From contig SHMW01000021.1 of assembly GCA_008080735.1 (NCBI GenBank), forward strand, positions 1-54,674: a DNA stretch of 54,674 nucleotides. Reading direction: 5' to 3'. The DNA comes from Promethearchaeota archaeon (GTDB taxonomy: Archaea; Asgardarchaeota; Lokiarchaeia; Sigyniarchaeales; SOKP01). Made by a program: the position numbers and the translations under genes. Under the pieces are notes generated by a model that worked only from the letters and a program-made list of their open reading frames with translations, was not told where the DNA came from and made no database searches. The stretch's first letter is position 1. Every line of letters starts with the position of its first letter. Below, piece after piece: positions 19,590 through 28,884 of this stretch.

Positions 19590-20816
19590 GTGAAAGAAGA
19601 TTCAAATTTCTTTAGCGAAGAATTATCGGCAAATGAAAGAGATCTTTATGATAGGCAATTCAGATTAGAGGGGTGGTCTCAGCAGATTGTAAAAAATGCT
19701 ACAGTACTAATTGCGGGTATAGGAGGGCTGGGATGTGAAATTGCGAAGAATCTAGCCATGGTTGGAGTTGGACGGTTAGATTTGGTAGATATGGATATTA
19801 TTGAATATTCTAATTTGAATCGCCAAATATTATTTGTTGACGCTGAGATGGGAGAATCAAAGGCGATTGCCGCTGCCAAAAAGCTTAAAGATATAAATCC
19901 ATTTATCGAGATTAATGGATATAATACATCCCTAGAGCGTTTAGACCCAATTTTATATAAACAGGCGGATGTAATTGTAGGGGGCCTTGACTCGATGAAT
20001 GCTCGGTTAAATCTGAATGCTCAAGCAATTCGATTTGATAAGCCTTTCATTGATGGCGGTGTATCTGGATACCATGGGCATATATATACCATTTTTCCCT
20101 ACGAAAATGCCTGCTATGAATGTAATCCATTACCAACCTCAGAAATTGATGATATGGCAGCCTGTACTGTAGTGGGTATTCCGAGAAAAAGGATTCATTG
20201 TGTTTTTAAAGCAAATATGAGTTTTGAGGAAGAACATGAAAGAGGTCCAAATGTAAAAAATATTAAAGAGATTTCTTATATACAAGAGAAAGCTAATGAA
20301 TTAGCTGAGAAACATAATTTCCTTCCTTTATTTAATAAATCAGAAATCATCAAGATATTAGACCAACATGACCCTGGGATTATTACGATTAATGCGATTA
20401 TTTCCTCACTTCAATCCCATGAAGTTATAAAAGTCCTTCATTGGCTCAAGAATAACACAGCATTAGGAGAACCCGTAAAAAACTATGTGGTGTTTAATGC
20501 TATGACGATGAAGTTTTATCGTATTCAAAAACAGAGAAATTCCAATTGTATTCAATGCGGAAATAATGTGAGAAGGGAAGAAATAACAATAAACCCCACT
20601 GATGAATGTGAAAAAATAATAGATAAATTAAAACAGAAAGGATACCGTTTAGATCCCGATATGGAACCCATTTTAACCTTATTAGATTTTGACGATATTA
20701 AAATTGTTGATCTTGATGAAAGTAGTGAAGAAAATAAATTAAGAGATTTCGAACTCATAACTGCTGCTGGATTTCATAAGGGAGAAGTTTACGTAACTCT
20801 CCGAATTAAGGATTAA
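19590..20816 (+). CDS. Ubiquitin-like activating enzyme E1 (ThiF/UBA3-like)
   Basis: YDRQ, GIGGLGCE, D…IEYSNLNRQILF, SKA, Zn motifs CYEC and CIQC, catalytic-Cys region ACTVVGIPRKRIHC, and a C-terminal extension of UFD size. Confidence 0.93.
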   Translation: MKEDSNFFSEELSANERDLYDRQFRLEGWSQQIVKNATVLIAGIGGLGCEIAKNLAMVGVGRLDLVDMDIIEYSNLNRQILFVDAEMGESKAIAAAKKLKDINPFIEINGYNTSLERLDPILYKQADVIVGGLDSMNARLNLNAQAIRFDKPFIDGGVSGYHGHIYTIFPYENACYECNPLPTSEIDDMAACTVVGIPRKRIHCVFKANMSFEEEHERGPNVKNIKEISYIQEKANELAEKHNFLPLFNKSEIIKILDQHDPGIITINAIISSLQSHEVIKVLHWLKNNTALGEPVKNYVVFNAMTMKFYRIQKQRNSNCIQCGNNVRREEITINPTDECEKIIDKLKQKGYRLDPDMEPILTLLDFDDIKIVDLDESSEENKLRDFELITAAGFHKGEVYVTLRIKD

Positions 20817-21002
20817 AATTTTCTAAAAAACAATCTAACAATTAGACTTAAAAAAATCTAAGAAGTATATTATCCAAATTAAAAAATACATAAAATTCCG
20901 ATATGTTTTAAAGAATATCTCAATTTATAAAATAAACAATAAATTTTTAAACCCAATAAATCATTACATTTACAAAAATTAATCTAAGAGGGATTAAGAA
21001 AA

Positions 21003-21530
21003 TTGTCATCAAGGAGTAGAAGAGTTAGCCAAGATTTTGCATTGCTAAAAAAGATGAGAAAGAATGGTGATATTATTCAATTAAAACCATGGGACAAGAA
21101 AAAAAAGAGTATTGATCACCTGAAAATCACTATTCCAGGACCTAACGGGACAGCATATGACGGAGGATATTTCCGTTTGGAAGTAAAATTTCCTAATAAT
21201 TATCCAAAAGTTCCTCCATTCGTACGTATGCATACACCTATCTGGCATCCAAATTTTTGGCCGAAGCCCCACGAATATAAAGGTCAGCGGAATATCTGTT
21301 TAGCATTAATCGATCCAAACTATGTTGGTAAGAAGGGCGGATGGAGCCCATCAAAAACTATTAAAACGGTAATTCAAGCAATCAAGGCGATGCTAAACAC
21401 AAGAGGAAAATATGTCAATCCTACCGATGTTTTCAACAAGAAAGCAGCTATTGAAATGATGGAAAAGCCAAAAAAATTTGAAAAAAAAGTTCGATACCTT
21501 GTTAAAAAATATGCAAATGAAAAATGGTAG
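21003..21530 (+). CDS. Ubiquitin-conjugating enzyme E2 (UBC fold)
   Basis: GPNGTAYDGGYF, FPNNYPKVPP, IWHPN…NICL (catalytic Cys), GWSP. TTG start. Confidence 0.93.
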   Translation: MSSRSRRVSQDFALLKKMRKNGDIIQLKPWDKKKKSIDHLKITIPGPNGTAYDGGYFRLEVKFPNNYPKVPPFVRMHTPIWHPNFWPKPHEYKGQRNICLALIDPNYVGKKGGWSPSKTIKTVIQAIKAMLNTRGKYVNPTDVFNKKAAIEMMEKPKKFEKKVRYLVKKYANEKW

Positions 21531-21539
21531 GTAAATGGG

Positions 21540-22334
21540 ATGGAAAATGAAAATAACAGTCAGAAGGAATCTCTTAAGAATAATTTAAAAAGAGAGATTA
21601 AAGAGACGTTAAAATCAGAAATTATAAACGAGATTGTCTCAGAGCTAAAGGCAGAGGAAAGTACCCTAAAAAAAGAGTTAATAGAAATTTTAAATCAGAA
21701 GATCAACTCCGAAAATATTGAGCAATTCGCGCGAGAAGAGAAACAAAAAAAAAGACTTAAATCGGGAAAAGAGCCCGAGTGTTATATTAGTGTGAAAGCC
21801 ATATTGAAGATTAGCAGCCACGCATTAAAATATGCTAATGAAAATATACCTAAAGAAGAATGGGTAGAGGTAATAGGATTATTAGCGGGTAAAATAAACA
21901 AGAAAAATCAAAAACTATATATCGAAGACGCATATCCCATGGGACACGGTAATGCAGTATTTGCAGAAATTAAGGAATACAAAAACTTTGTAAAAGCATT
22001 CAAGGATATTAAGAGAAATGGTCTTTTTATCTGCGGATGGTATCATTCTCATCCCTCATACGGGGCATTTATGAGTGCAGAGGATTTGGGAACTCAAGCA
22101 CGATATCAAAAATTATGGGATAAATCAGTTGCGCTCGTAATCGATCCTTATCAAATCGATGGAAGCTCTTATGGGTTCAAAATATTCCGCTCTAATTTAC
22201 AGACCCAGAAGTGGTATTCTATTCCTTTTGAGATAACTGAGTCTTTGGGAGTTGGTGCCCTGCCAGAATTGATGGAATTCATTAGGCCTATTATTGATGG
22301 CCAAGCATTATTCTTGGAATATGATGAAGAATAG
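21540..22334 (+). CDS. JAB1/MPN+ (JAMM) metalloprotease, Rpn11/CSN5-like
   Basis: ISVKAILKISSHA, EVIGLL, GWYHSHPSYGAFMSAED (HxHx7Sx2D), ALVIDP. N-terminal coiled-coil extension. Confidence 0.93.
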   Translation: MENENNSQKESLKNNLKREIKETLKSEIINEIVSELKAEESTLKKELIEILNQKINSENIEQFAREEKQKKRLKSGKEPECYISVKAILKISSHALKYANENIPKEEWVEVIGLLAGKINKKNQKLYIEDAYPMGHGNAVFAEIKEYKNFVKAFKDIKRNGLFICGWYHSHPSYGAFMSAEDLGTQARYQKLWDKSVALVIDPYQIDGSSYGFKIFRSNLQTQKWYSIPFEITESLGVGALPELMEFIRPIIDGQALFLEYDEE

Positions 22335-22360
22335 TCCTAAAACGTATTAAGTCCAGGTGA

Positions 22361-23485
22361 ATGTTTATTAAAAAAAGATATATTATTCCACCTTCTATTA
22401 GTTTGATATTTGCTCTAATACACGGAATATTTATTGAACCTTCTCTAAATATATTTCTCTCATGGACTTTAGTGGGCCTATGGGTTGATTATGTTATTAA
22501 ATTTTTTGAAAAGATTAAGAACTATAGAGAATTTAATTCTCCTCATAATACTTCTTTTTTTGTAATTAGTGTGATTTTCATAGGACTGTTTTATCTTTAT
22601 TCGGGTTATTATACCCGTCTGTTTAATGAACTTTTAATTGATTTGGATCTGGTCTATGTATTGCTAACTCCTTGGATAACTATTTTTTCCTTTCCCTTCT
22701 TACTCTATGGAATATATTCTCTTTTTGCGTGTATTAGGAAGTATGAGGTAGTATATATCTATAAAGAGCGGTCTGTGAATGCGCGCAAGTTTTCTATTGG
22801 TTTCTCGATATTTATCCTCATTCAAAATATGGTCTTCCTAATTCTAATCTTGGAAGAAGAGCCCATTCTAACATTTAAACCAATTTTCCAATATCCCGAT
22901 TTGATTTTCTTAATTATTACAATTTTTTTGGTAATCCTTCCCATATACGGGGTTTTGAAAAAAGAACCGAGTATTTCAGATATAACACCTGAAGCCATTG
23001 CGAGTAGAAGAGATCAAGTGAGAAGCATTGAATCCGCAGCGTCAAGAAGTTCACAATCTAGACCCTCTCGTCCAACTCAGAGACATATCGAACCAAGAAG
23101 CAACACTACTTCACAAAGGACTAAAAGAAAACCACAAACTAAAAAGAAAACAAAAAGTAAACGGAAGCTGTCAAAAGATGAAATTATCAAGAGAATAAGA
23201 AGTATGAAGCCTAAAGCGGGTATACTTAATCTTGAGGATTTTAAATGCATTTTTTGTTTCAATCTGCCACATTATCCCCAAGATAAAGGAAGGGGTATTG
23301 TTCTCTGTCCGAATTGTAAACATCCCGCTCATGCAGATGAATTTAGAGATTGGCAAAGACATTCTAATCTATGTTCTCGTTGTGATGCGGAAATTCCTTA
23401 CTCCTTTCGAACAAATCCCAAAATTATCCATGTAAAGTCCTATGTAAAAGTAATCGAATATTTTAAGAAAAAGGAAAATCTATAA
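22361..23485 (+). CDS. Polytopic (~6 TM) membrane protein with C-terminal RING-like finger (putative membrane E3)
   Basis: Six hydrophobic segments in the first ~200 aa, a Ser/Arg/Lys-rich linker, then CIFC-x16-CPNC-x4-H-x2-E-FRDW-x6-CSRC. Confidence 0.78.
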   Translation: MFIKKRYIIPPSISLIFALIHGIFIEPSLNIFLSWTLVGLWVDYVIKFFEKIKNYREFNSPHNTSFFVISVIFIGLFYLYSGYYTRLFNELLIDLDLVYVLLTPWITIFSFPFLLYGIYSLFACIRKYEVVYIYKERSVNARKFSIGFSIFILIQNMVFLILILEEEPILTFKPIFQYPDLIFLIITIFLVILPIYGVLKKEPSISDITPEAIASRRDQVRSIESAASRSSQSRPSRPTQRHIEPRSNTTSQRTKRKPQTKKKTKSKRKLSKDEIIKRIRSMKPKAGILNLEDFKCIFCFNLPHYPQDKGRGIVLCPNCKHPAHADEFRDWQRHSNLCSRCDAEIPYSFRTNPKIIHVKSYVKVIEYFKKKENL

Positions 23486-23539
23486 ATCGCACAAGATAAG
23501 ATTAAAACCCTAATTATAACCCACCCATTTTTCTAGCTA

Positions 23540-24217
23540 TTAGAATATATAAAATAAATTAAACTCTGGAAAGAATACTATTTTTAGGGCTAAATAACTT
23601 CCAAAAAAAATCATAAATGCACCGCAGAATAGTAATACTCCACGATATATTTTTGGGTTTAAAGCCTTCCCTCCAAGATACACGAAAATTGAGACTGGCC
23701 AAAACCAAATCAAGTCGCCCATTTCATGCCCTAAAAAAAATAGTAATAAACCTATTGGCTCTTGAAAACTGATTTCTAAACTAACCATTAAACCTAAACC
23801 AATGCCAGCCCACCAGAGAGTCCAAAAAGGATTGGATAAACTCACGATTATTCCTCCTAAAAAGCTATTTCCCGTAAAACCTTTGATGTCTTCTTCTTTT
23901 ATTTCTGCAAGATTAATATCTATGGGTCTATTATAGATATCCTTTATAACTACAGCGCCGAAAAATATAAGTAAAATCCCTCCAACAATGCCAATTATAG
24001 TATATACGATAATATTCTGAAGAAAAAAGGACGCTCCGAGTAATAGAGCGACTATTAGGCCAAACTCCAAAGTGGCATGCCCTAACGTTATAAATAATCC
24101 CGCCAAGTATCCTCGCTCTCCCTTTAGAGATCGATAAATAGTAAACGTCAGAACTGGTCCAGGAGATAAGGCACCAGTTAGTGCTACAAGAAAAGAGACA
24201 AAAAAGATATTAATCAT
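23540..24217 (-). CDS. LysE family transporter
   Basis: GALSPGP, GHATLE, GIIVSLSNPFWTLWW. Confidence 0.9.
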   Translation of the reverse strand: MINIFFVSFLVALTGALSPGPVLTFTIYRSLKGERGYLAGLFITLGHATLEFGLIVALLLGASFFLQNIIVYTIIGIVGGILLIFFGAVVIKDIYNRPIDINLAEIKEEDIKGFTGNSFLGGIIVSLSNPFWTLWWAGIGLGLMVSLEISFQEPIGLLLFFLGHEMGDLIWFWPVSIFVYLGGKALNPKIYRGVLLFCGAFMIFFGSYLALKIVFFPEFNLFYIF

Positions 24218-24247
24218 GATAAAAATAATGAACTCTAAAATTTGAAA

Positions 24248-25504
24248 TTATTCTCTAATCTGGCCGCTTCCATAAATTATGTATTTCGTGGATGTAAGTT
24301 GGTTAACCCCCATAGGACCACGAGCATGCAGCTTCTGAGTAGAGATACCTATCTCTGCTCCAAGTCCGAATACACCCCCATCGGTTAATCTTGTTGCCGC
24401 ATTAACATATACTGCCGCCGCGTCAACTCGATAAAGAAACTCTCGCGCATCTTGATAATTTTTCGTGATAATGGACTCTGTATGTTTTGAATCATATCTG
24501 GTAATTATTTCGATTGCCTCATCAATGTTTTTAACGACTCTTATGCTAATTTTAAGTGATAAGTATTCTGCTCCCCAATCTACCTCCGTGGCAGGTATTA
24601 TATCGGGCACTAATTCTTGGGTTTTTTGATCTCCTCTAACTTCTACACCGTTTTCTCTCAATGATTTGACGATCCGGGGAATATATTCATCCTTAATACT
24701 CTCATGGATGAGTAATTTATCCAAGGCATTACATACCGCAGGATAAGAGCACTTCGAATTAATGATAATTTTATCAGCCATATCGAAATTCGCATCATAA
24801 TTTACAAATATACTTACGATACCTATCCCCGTTTCAATTGTGGGCACCAAGGAATTTTGGACCACTTTTTGAATTAAAGTTTCACCCCCGCGCGGAATAA
24901 TCACATCTATATATTCCTTTAATTTAAGCATCGCGTCCACATACGCTCTATTCGTCTCCCTAATCACTTGTATACAATTTTTAGGTAATCCTGCTGAGAC
25001 TGCGGCATTATGAAGGATATCCGCAATAGCAATATTGGAATTAATAGCTTCGCTCCCTCCTCGTAAAATTATTGCATTACCCGATTTTATACATAATCCT
25101 GCAGCATCAGCAGTTACATTAGGTCGGGACTCATAGATGATTCCAACTACTCCTAAAGGAACTCGAATTTTCCCGATATCCATACCATTTGGTCTTCTCC
25201 ACATAGATATGATTTCATTGATCGGATCGGGAAATGCAGCCACCTCTCTCAGTCCCTCTGCGATTTTATGAATTTTATCTTTATTTAAAACCAATCTATC
25301 AATTTTGGATTGTTCCAAATTATTTTTTTCAGCGTTTTCAAGATCTAATAAATTCGCTTTGATAATGGAATCTGTGTGTTTCTCGAGATCGTCTGCCATT
25401 CGATTTAGAGCATTATCCTTCATCGTGGTCGATGAATTTTTTAATTCGAACGCCGCGTTCTTTGCATTTTCCCCAATTTCTTTCATTTGATTCTCTATAG
25501 ACAT
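24248..25504 (-). CDS. proA: Glutamate-5-semialdehyde dehydrogenase (gamma-glutamyl phosphate reductase)
   Basis: VPLGVVGIIYESRPNVT, LRGGSEA, IPRGG, VCNA, GAEIGISTQKLHARGPMG. Likely start ATG 25504 (MSIENQMKEIG). Confidence 0.96.
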   Translation of the reverse strand: MSIENQMKEIGENAKNAAFELKNSSTTMKDNALNRMADDLEKHTDSIIKANLLDLENAEKNNLEQSKIDRLVLNKDKIHKIAEGLREVAAFPDPINEIISMWRRPNGMDIGKIRVPLGVVGIIYESRPNVTADAAGLCIKSGNAIILRGGSEAINSNIAIADILHNAAVSAGLPKNCIQVIRETNRAYVDAMLKLKEYIDVIIPRGGETLIQKVVQNSLVPTIETGIGIVSIFVNYDANFDMADKIIINSKCSYPAVCNALDKLLIHESIKDEYIPRIVKSLRENGVEVRGDQKTQELVPDIIPATEVDWGAEYLSLKISIRVVKNIDEAIEIITRYDSKHTESIITKNYQDAREFLYRVDAAAVYVNAATRLTDGGVFGLGAEIGISTQKLHARGPMGVNQLTSTKYIIYGSGQIRE

Positions 25505-25819
25505 AATACTCACATAATTTTTGATTGCTCTATAAAAGGTTAAACAACCACAAATTAAGTAATTTTCTGTTTCGAATAATATGAATTTTTTGTAGCCTAT
25601 AGTATGAAAGAGGTATAAAGAATGAAGAAGATGAACTAGATTTAAGATGATATTTATATCTTTCAATTTTACTGAGTTTTCATTGAATTAGATTAGCATT
25701 AAGACTAATATCATCTGAACCTTATAGATTTTAACCTCATTTTTTAAAAAATCTTAAGGATTATGGTAGTTTAAGTATTATCGAAAACCATAACAAATTT
25801 GAAAATTGGGTTAAGAAAA

Positions 25820-26191
25820 ATGCCATTTGATCTGACTTTTAACGAGGATAATGATAGGCTTTATTATGATATCAATTGATATATTTCGAATGAGGAAGTA
25901 GAGGATATTATGGTAGCAATGGATGATTTTCTCAGTGAACGTGATACAAGATTTACCGCAGTCATCGACATGAAAGATTTTCGAGTTTCGGAAGACGTTG
26001 AAGAAGCCGCTAAATCAATTCAGCAAGTTATTAAATCGGGAAAATTATTGGCTGATGCATTTAAAGTTTCTCAATCTTCGATTGGTAAAATGCAGTTTGA
26101 ACAAATTGAAAAAGATGCTGAATCAAAAACTTTAAGAAACGTATTCAATAACCAAGATGATGCGGAACAATGGTTAGATTCCATTGCCTAA
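25820..26191 (+). pseudogene. STAS/SEC14(SpoIIAA)-like protein copy 1, interrupted by in-frame TGA at codon 20
   Basis: ATG 25820 gives MPFDLTFNEDNDRLYYDIN-TGA(25877-25879)-YISNEEVEDIMVAM…, in frame with the track ORF at 25910. The paralogue has Gly at this position. Confidence 0.7.
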
Positions 26192-26516
26192 TCTCTTAAT
26201 ATTAGATAAATCTTTTATCCTCCATAATGTTTCTTTTTTTCTAATTATTTGTTTCCTTTTTCATATTTGTAAAATAAGTAAAATATAAGACGTTAATAGT
26301 TATCTAGCCTAATAAACGGCTTCAAGATACACCTTCTGCGAATTATACAATTATGTATCTCTAAGTTATACACATAAGTCGATTTATTTTAATCTATGCG
26401 TTTTCTGAAAATTCTATGATATTATAACATATATATTTTGAATCGGAATAGTTAAAAAAAACTGCTTTTATTATTAGATTAAATAATTTAACACACACAC
26501 CAATAAAAAGACCAGA

Positions 26517-26900
26517 GTGAAGAAGAAGATGCCTTTTGACGTGACCTTTAACGAGGATAAGGATAGGCTTTATTATAAGGTCGATGGTTTTGTTTCAAAT
26601 GAAGATGTAGAAGAGATTATGGAAGCTATGGATGAGTTTCTACAAGATCATGAAGGGAAATTTACCGCAGTCATCGACATGAAAGATTTTAAAGTATCAG
26701 AAGATGTTGAAGAAGCAGTAAAATCAATTCAACAAGTAATTAAATCAGGAAAATTACTTGCTGATGCATTTATTGTTGCTCAATCTTCGATTGGAAAAAT
26801 GCAATTCGAACAAATTGAAAAAGACACAGAAGCAAAAACTGAGCGAAGGATCTTTTCCAATCAACCAGATGCCGAAAAATGGCTTGATTCTGTAGCATAA
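26517..26900 (+). CDS. STAS/SEC14(SpoIIAA)-like small protein copy 2
   Basis: RLYYKVDGF, VIDMKDFK, C-terminal RRIFSNQPDAEKWL, typical of SpoIIAA-like proteins. The start may be ATG 26529. Confidence 0.75.
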   Translation: MKKKMPFDVTFNEDKDRLYYKVDGFVSNEDVEEIMEAMDEFLQDHEGKFTAVIDMKDFKVSEDVEEAVKSIQQVIKSGKLLADAFIVAQSSIGKMQFEQIEKDTEAKTERRIFSNQPDAEKWLDSVA

Positions 26901-26978
26901 AGCAATTTTGATATGGAAAAAAGCTATTTTTTCAAATTATTTTTTTTTCATTTTTTATGTAATTATTATTTAGAGATT

Positions 26979-27776
26979 CTATTTTTGTGCAATAAAATAA
27001 GTTCCGATTTCTTTTCCCGCTAATATATCTTCTAAGGAAATTCCATCGTAACTAGTAATGATGGCGGGAATTCCAATGTTTATCAATTTTTTGATGGTGT
27101 TTATCTTGCTTTTCATCCCCCCAAATGTGATGCCTCCGTCGATATCTTCTACTATTTTTTCGATTTTATAATTAATTTCTTCCACTGAATAAAGAATTTC
27201 GGCATCCTCATGGATCTTCGGATTCTTATCACACAAACCTTGTACATCTGTTAGCATTATGAGTAAATCGACAAATAATAAGATGGAAACTAACCCAGAT
27301 AGTTTATCATTGTCCCCATAGCTCAGTTCTTCAATGGCAACAGAATCATTTTCATTTATTACGGGTACAATTCCTTTTTCCAATAAAACTTCTAAAGTGT
27401 TCCGTGTGTTTGCCCGTCTGGTTGAATCTTTCATATCATCAGCAGACAATAACACCTGCCCTACATGGAGTCCGTATTTACTAAATTCTTCTTGATATAT
27501 CTTCATTAGATGGATCTGTCCAACCGAGGCTAAAGCTTGGAGTTTTTTATAATCTGTGGGGCGTTTTTTTAGACCTAATTTCGCTAACCCACATCCAATC
27601 GCACCGCTACTCACGATTATAATCTCATATCCTTCTTCTATTAATTCTGCTACTTCCTTTACAAAAGTCTGGATTTTATCGCAATAAATTTCAGCGACTC
27701 CGTCTGTGATCATCTGTGTAGATACTTTCACAACAATTCGCTTGATTTTGGAAGGAAATGTCCTAATTGTTATCAT
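26979..27776 (-). CDS. proB: Glutamate 5-kinase (no PUA domain)
   Basis: VSSGAIGCG, QALASVGQ, PVINENDSV, GDNDKLS, GGMKSKI, GTYF. Confidence 0.95.
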   Translation of the reverse strand: MITIRTFPSKIKRIVVKVSTQMITDGVAEIYCDKIQTFVKEVAELIEEGYEIIIVSSGAIGCGLAKLGLKKRPTDYKKLQALASVGQIHLMKIYQEEFSKYGLHVGQVLLSADDMKDSTRRANTRNTLEVLLEKGIVPVINENDSVAIEELSYGDNDKLSGLVSILLFVDLLIMLTDVQGLCDKNPKIHEDAEILYSVEEINYKIEKIVEDIDGGITFGGMKSKINTIKKLINIGIPAIITSYDGISLEDILAGKEIGTYFIAQK

Positions 27777-27898
27777 CCAAAAAGAATTAATTGAAATAGA
27801 TGATTAAAGTAGACCAGCATAAAATTTAGATTTTTAGATTTTTATCACTCTAAAAAATAATAACTAGATAACTTAAATAAGTTCAATATTATGTATTT

Positions 27899-28372
27899 CT
27901 AGGAAATAGCGTTAAAAATCATCGTTATGGCAATTGCAATTACAATTAGGACAATAAGAATTGGAAGCATAAAGAGCAGAAAGTTCCACGAACTTTTAAT
28001 CCAAAATCGATTCCATGATTTAACCCCTTCCTCCCAATCTTTCTTGGTTTTCTCTTGCCAATTCTTAAAATCTGTTTCAATTCTCTTTTTGTTTGCTTCC
28101 CATTGCTCTTTAGATTCAATATGAAGCTTGGTTAGATTGGCATTCCATTCTTGTAATTTGTTATCCCAATTGTGTTTTACATCTAGGAAAAATTTTTCTA
28201 CGTGTTTTTTATTCTCATTCCATTTCTCAATATTCTGCCTAGATTGATCTTCTAACGAGCTTTGAAATGTTTCGAAATTATTTTTCATTGTTTTAACAAA
28301 ATCGTTCCATCCTTTCGCTATTGGACTTTCTCGAGGTGTTTTTTTTTCTTCCTCGTTATTGTTATGACTCAT
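27899..28372 (-). CDS. Tail-anchored amphipathic helical protein, Trp-periodic
   Basis: Soluble helical region with recurring Trp, and a single C-terminal TM (FLLFMLPILIVLIVIAIAITMIF). Confidence 0.75.
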   Translation of the reverse strand: MSHNNNEEEKKTPRESPIAKGWNDFVKTMKNNFETFQSSLEDQSRQNIEKWNENKKHVEKFFLDVKHNWDNKLQEWNANLTKLHIESKEQWEANKKRIETDFKNWQEKTKKDWEEGVKSWNRFWIKSSWNFLLFMLPILIVLIVIAIAITMIFNAIS

Positions 28373-28884
28373 CTTATTTAGTTTTAAGTTATTTTTCTAC
28401 GAGTAATATATTAAATTATTATCTTAAATTTTTATATCATTTCTATAAGTATTTAAAATAATGAGCTTTTGGGTAATTTTCGTTGAGTTTTAAATTTTTC
28501 ACGATTATTTTTTTTATTTAATATTTTTAGCGCATGCATCTCTCATCTAATGTGCGCCTCGAGGTTATTAAGTATTTACCCAACAAAATAAATAATTAAC
28601 AAAAATAGATCAAAAAAATCATTATGGCCCTTTATCAATATTTTTTAAAAAGGATTAGAAGTAAAATCCATTATTCATCTAAAAAATAATTGAAATAATG
28701 GGTAATATTTGCTTATTTTGATAGATGATTCTGAACATCTTTCATATGATTAATAAATACTATTGAATGATAATAGTGATTCTTTTAAATCTCCATAACA
28801 GATTAATTACTTCTGAAAATATTAATATAGAATCGTTCAATACAATATTCAAGTTTAACAACAATTTAGAAGTGTGTAAAAATC

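Noticed and set aside
25877-25879. In-frame TGA as possible selenocysteine codon
   Set aside because: Lokiarchaeia are known to use Sec, but the paralogue has Gly (not Cys) here, there is no redox motif, and I saw no AUGA/GA SECIS-like hairpin downstream. A GGA-to-TGA change is simpler.
28525-28553. GCGCA…TGCGC imperfect inverted repeat in the intergenic region
   Set aside because: Only a 5-6 bp stem with no other support.
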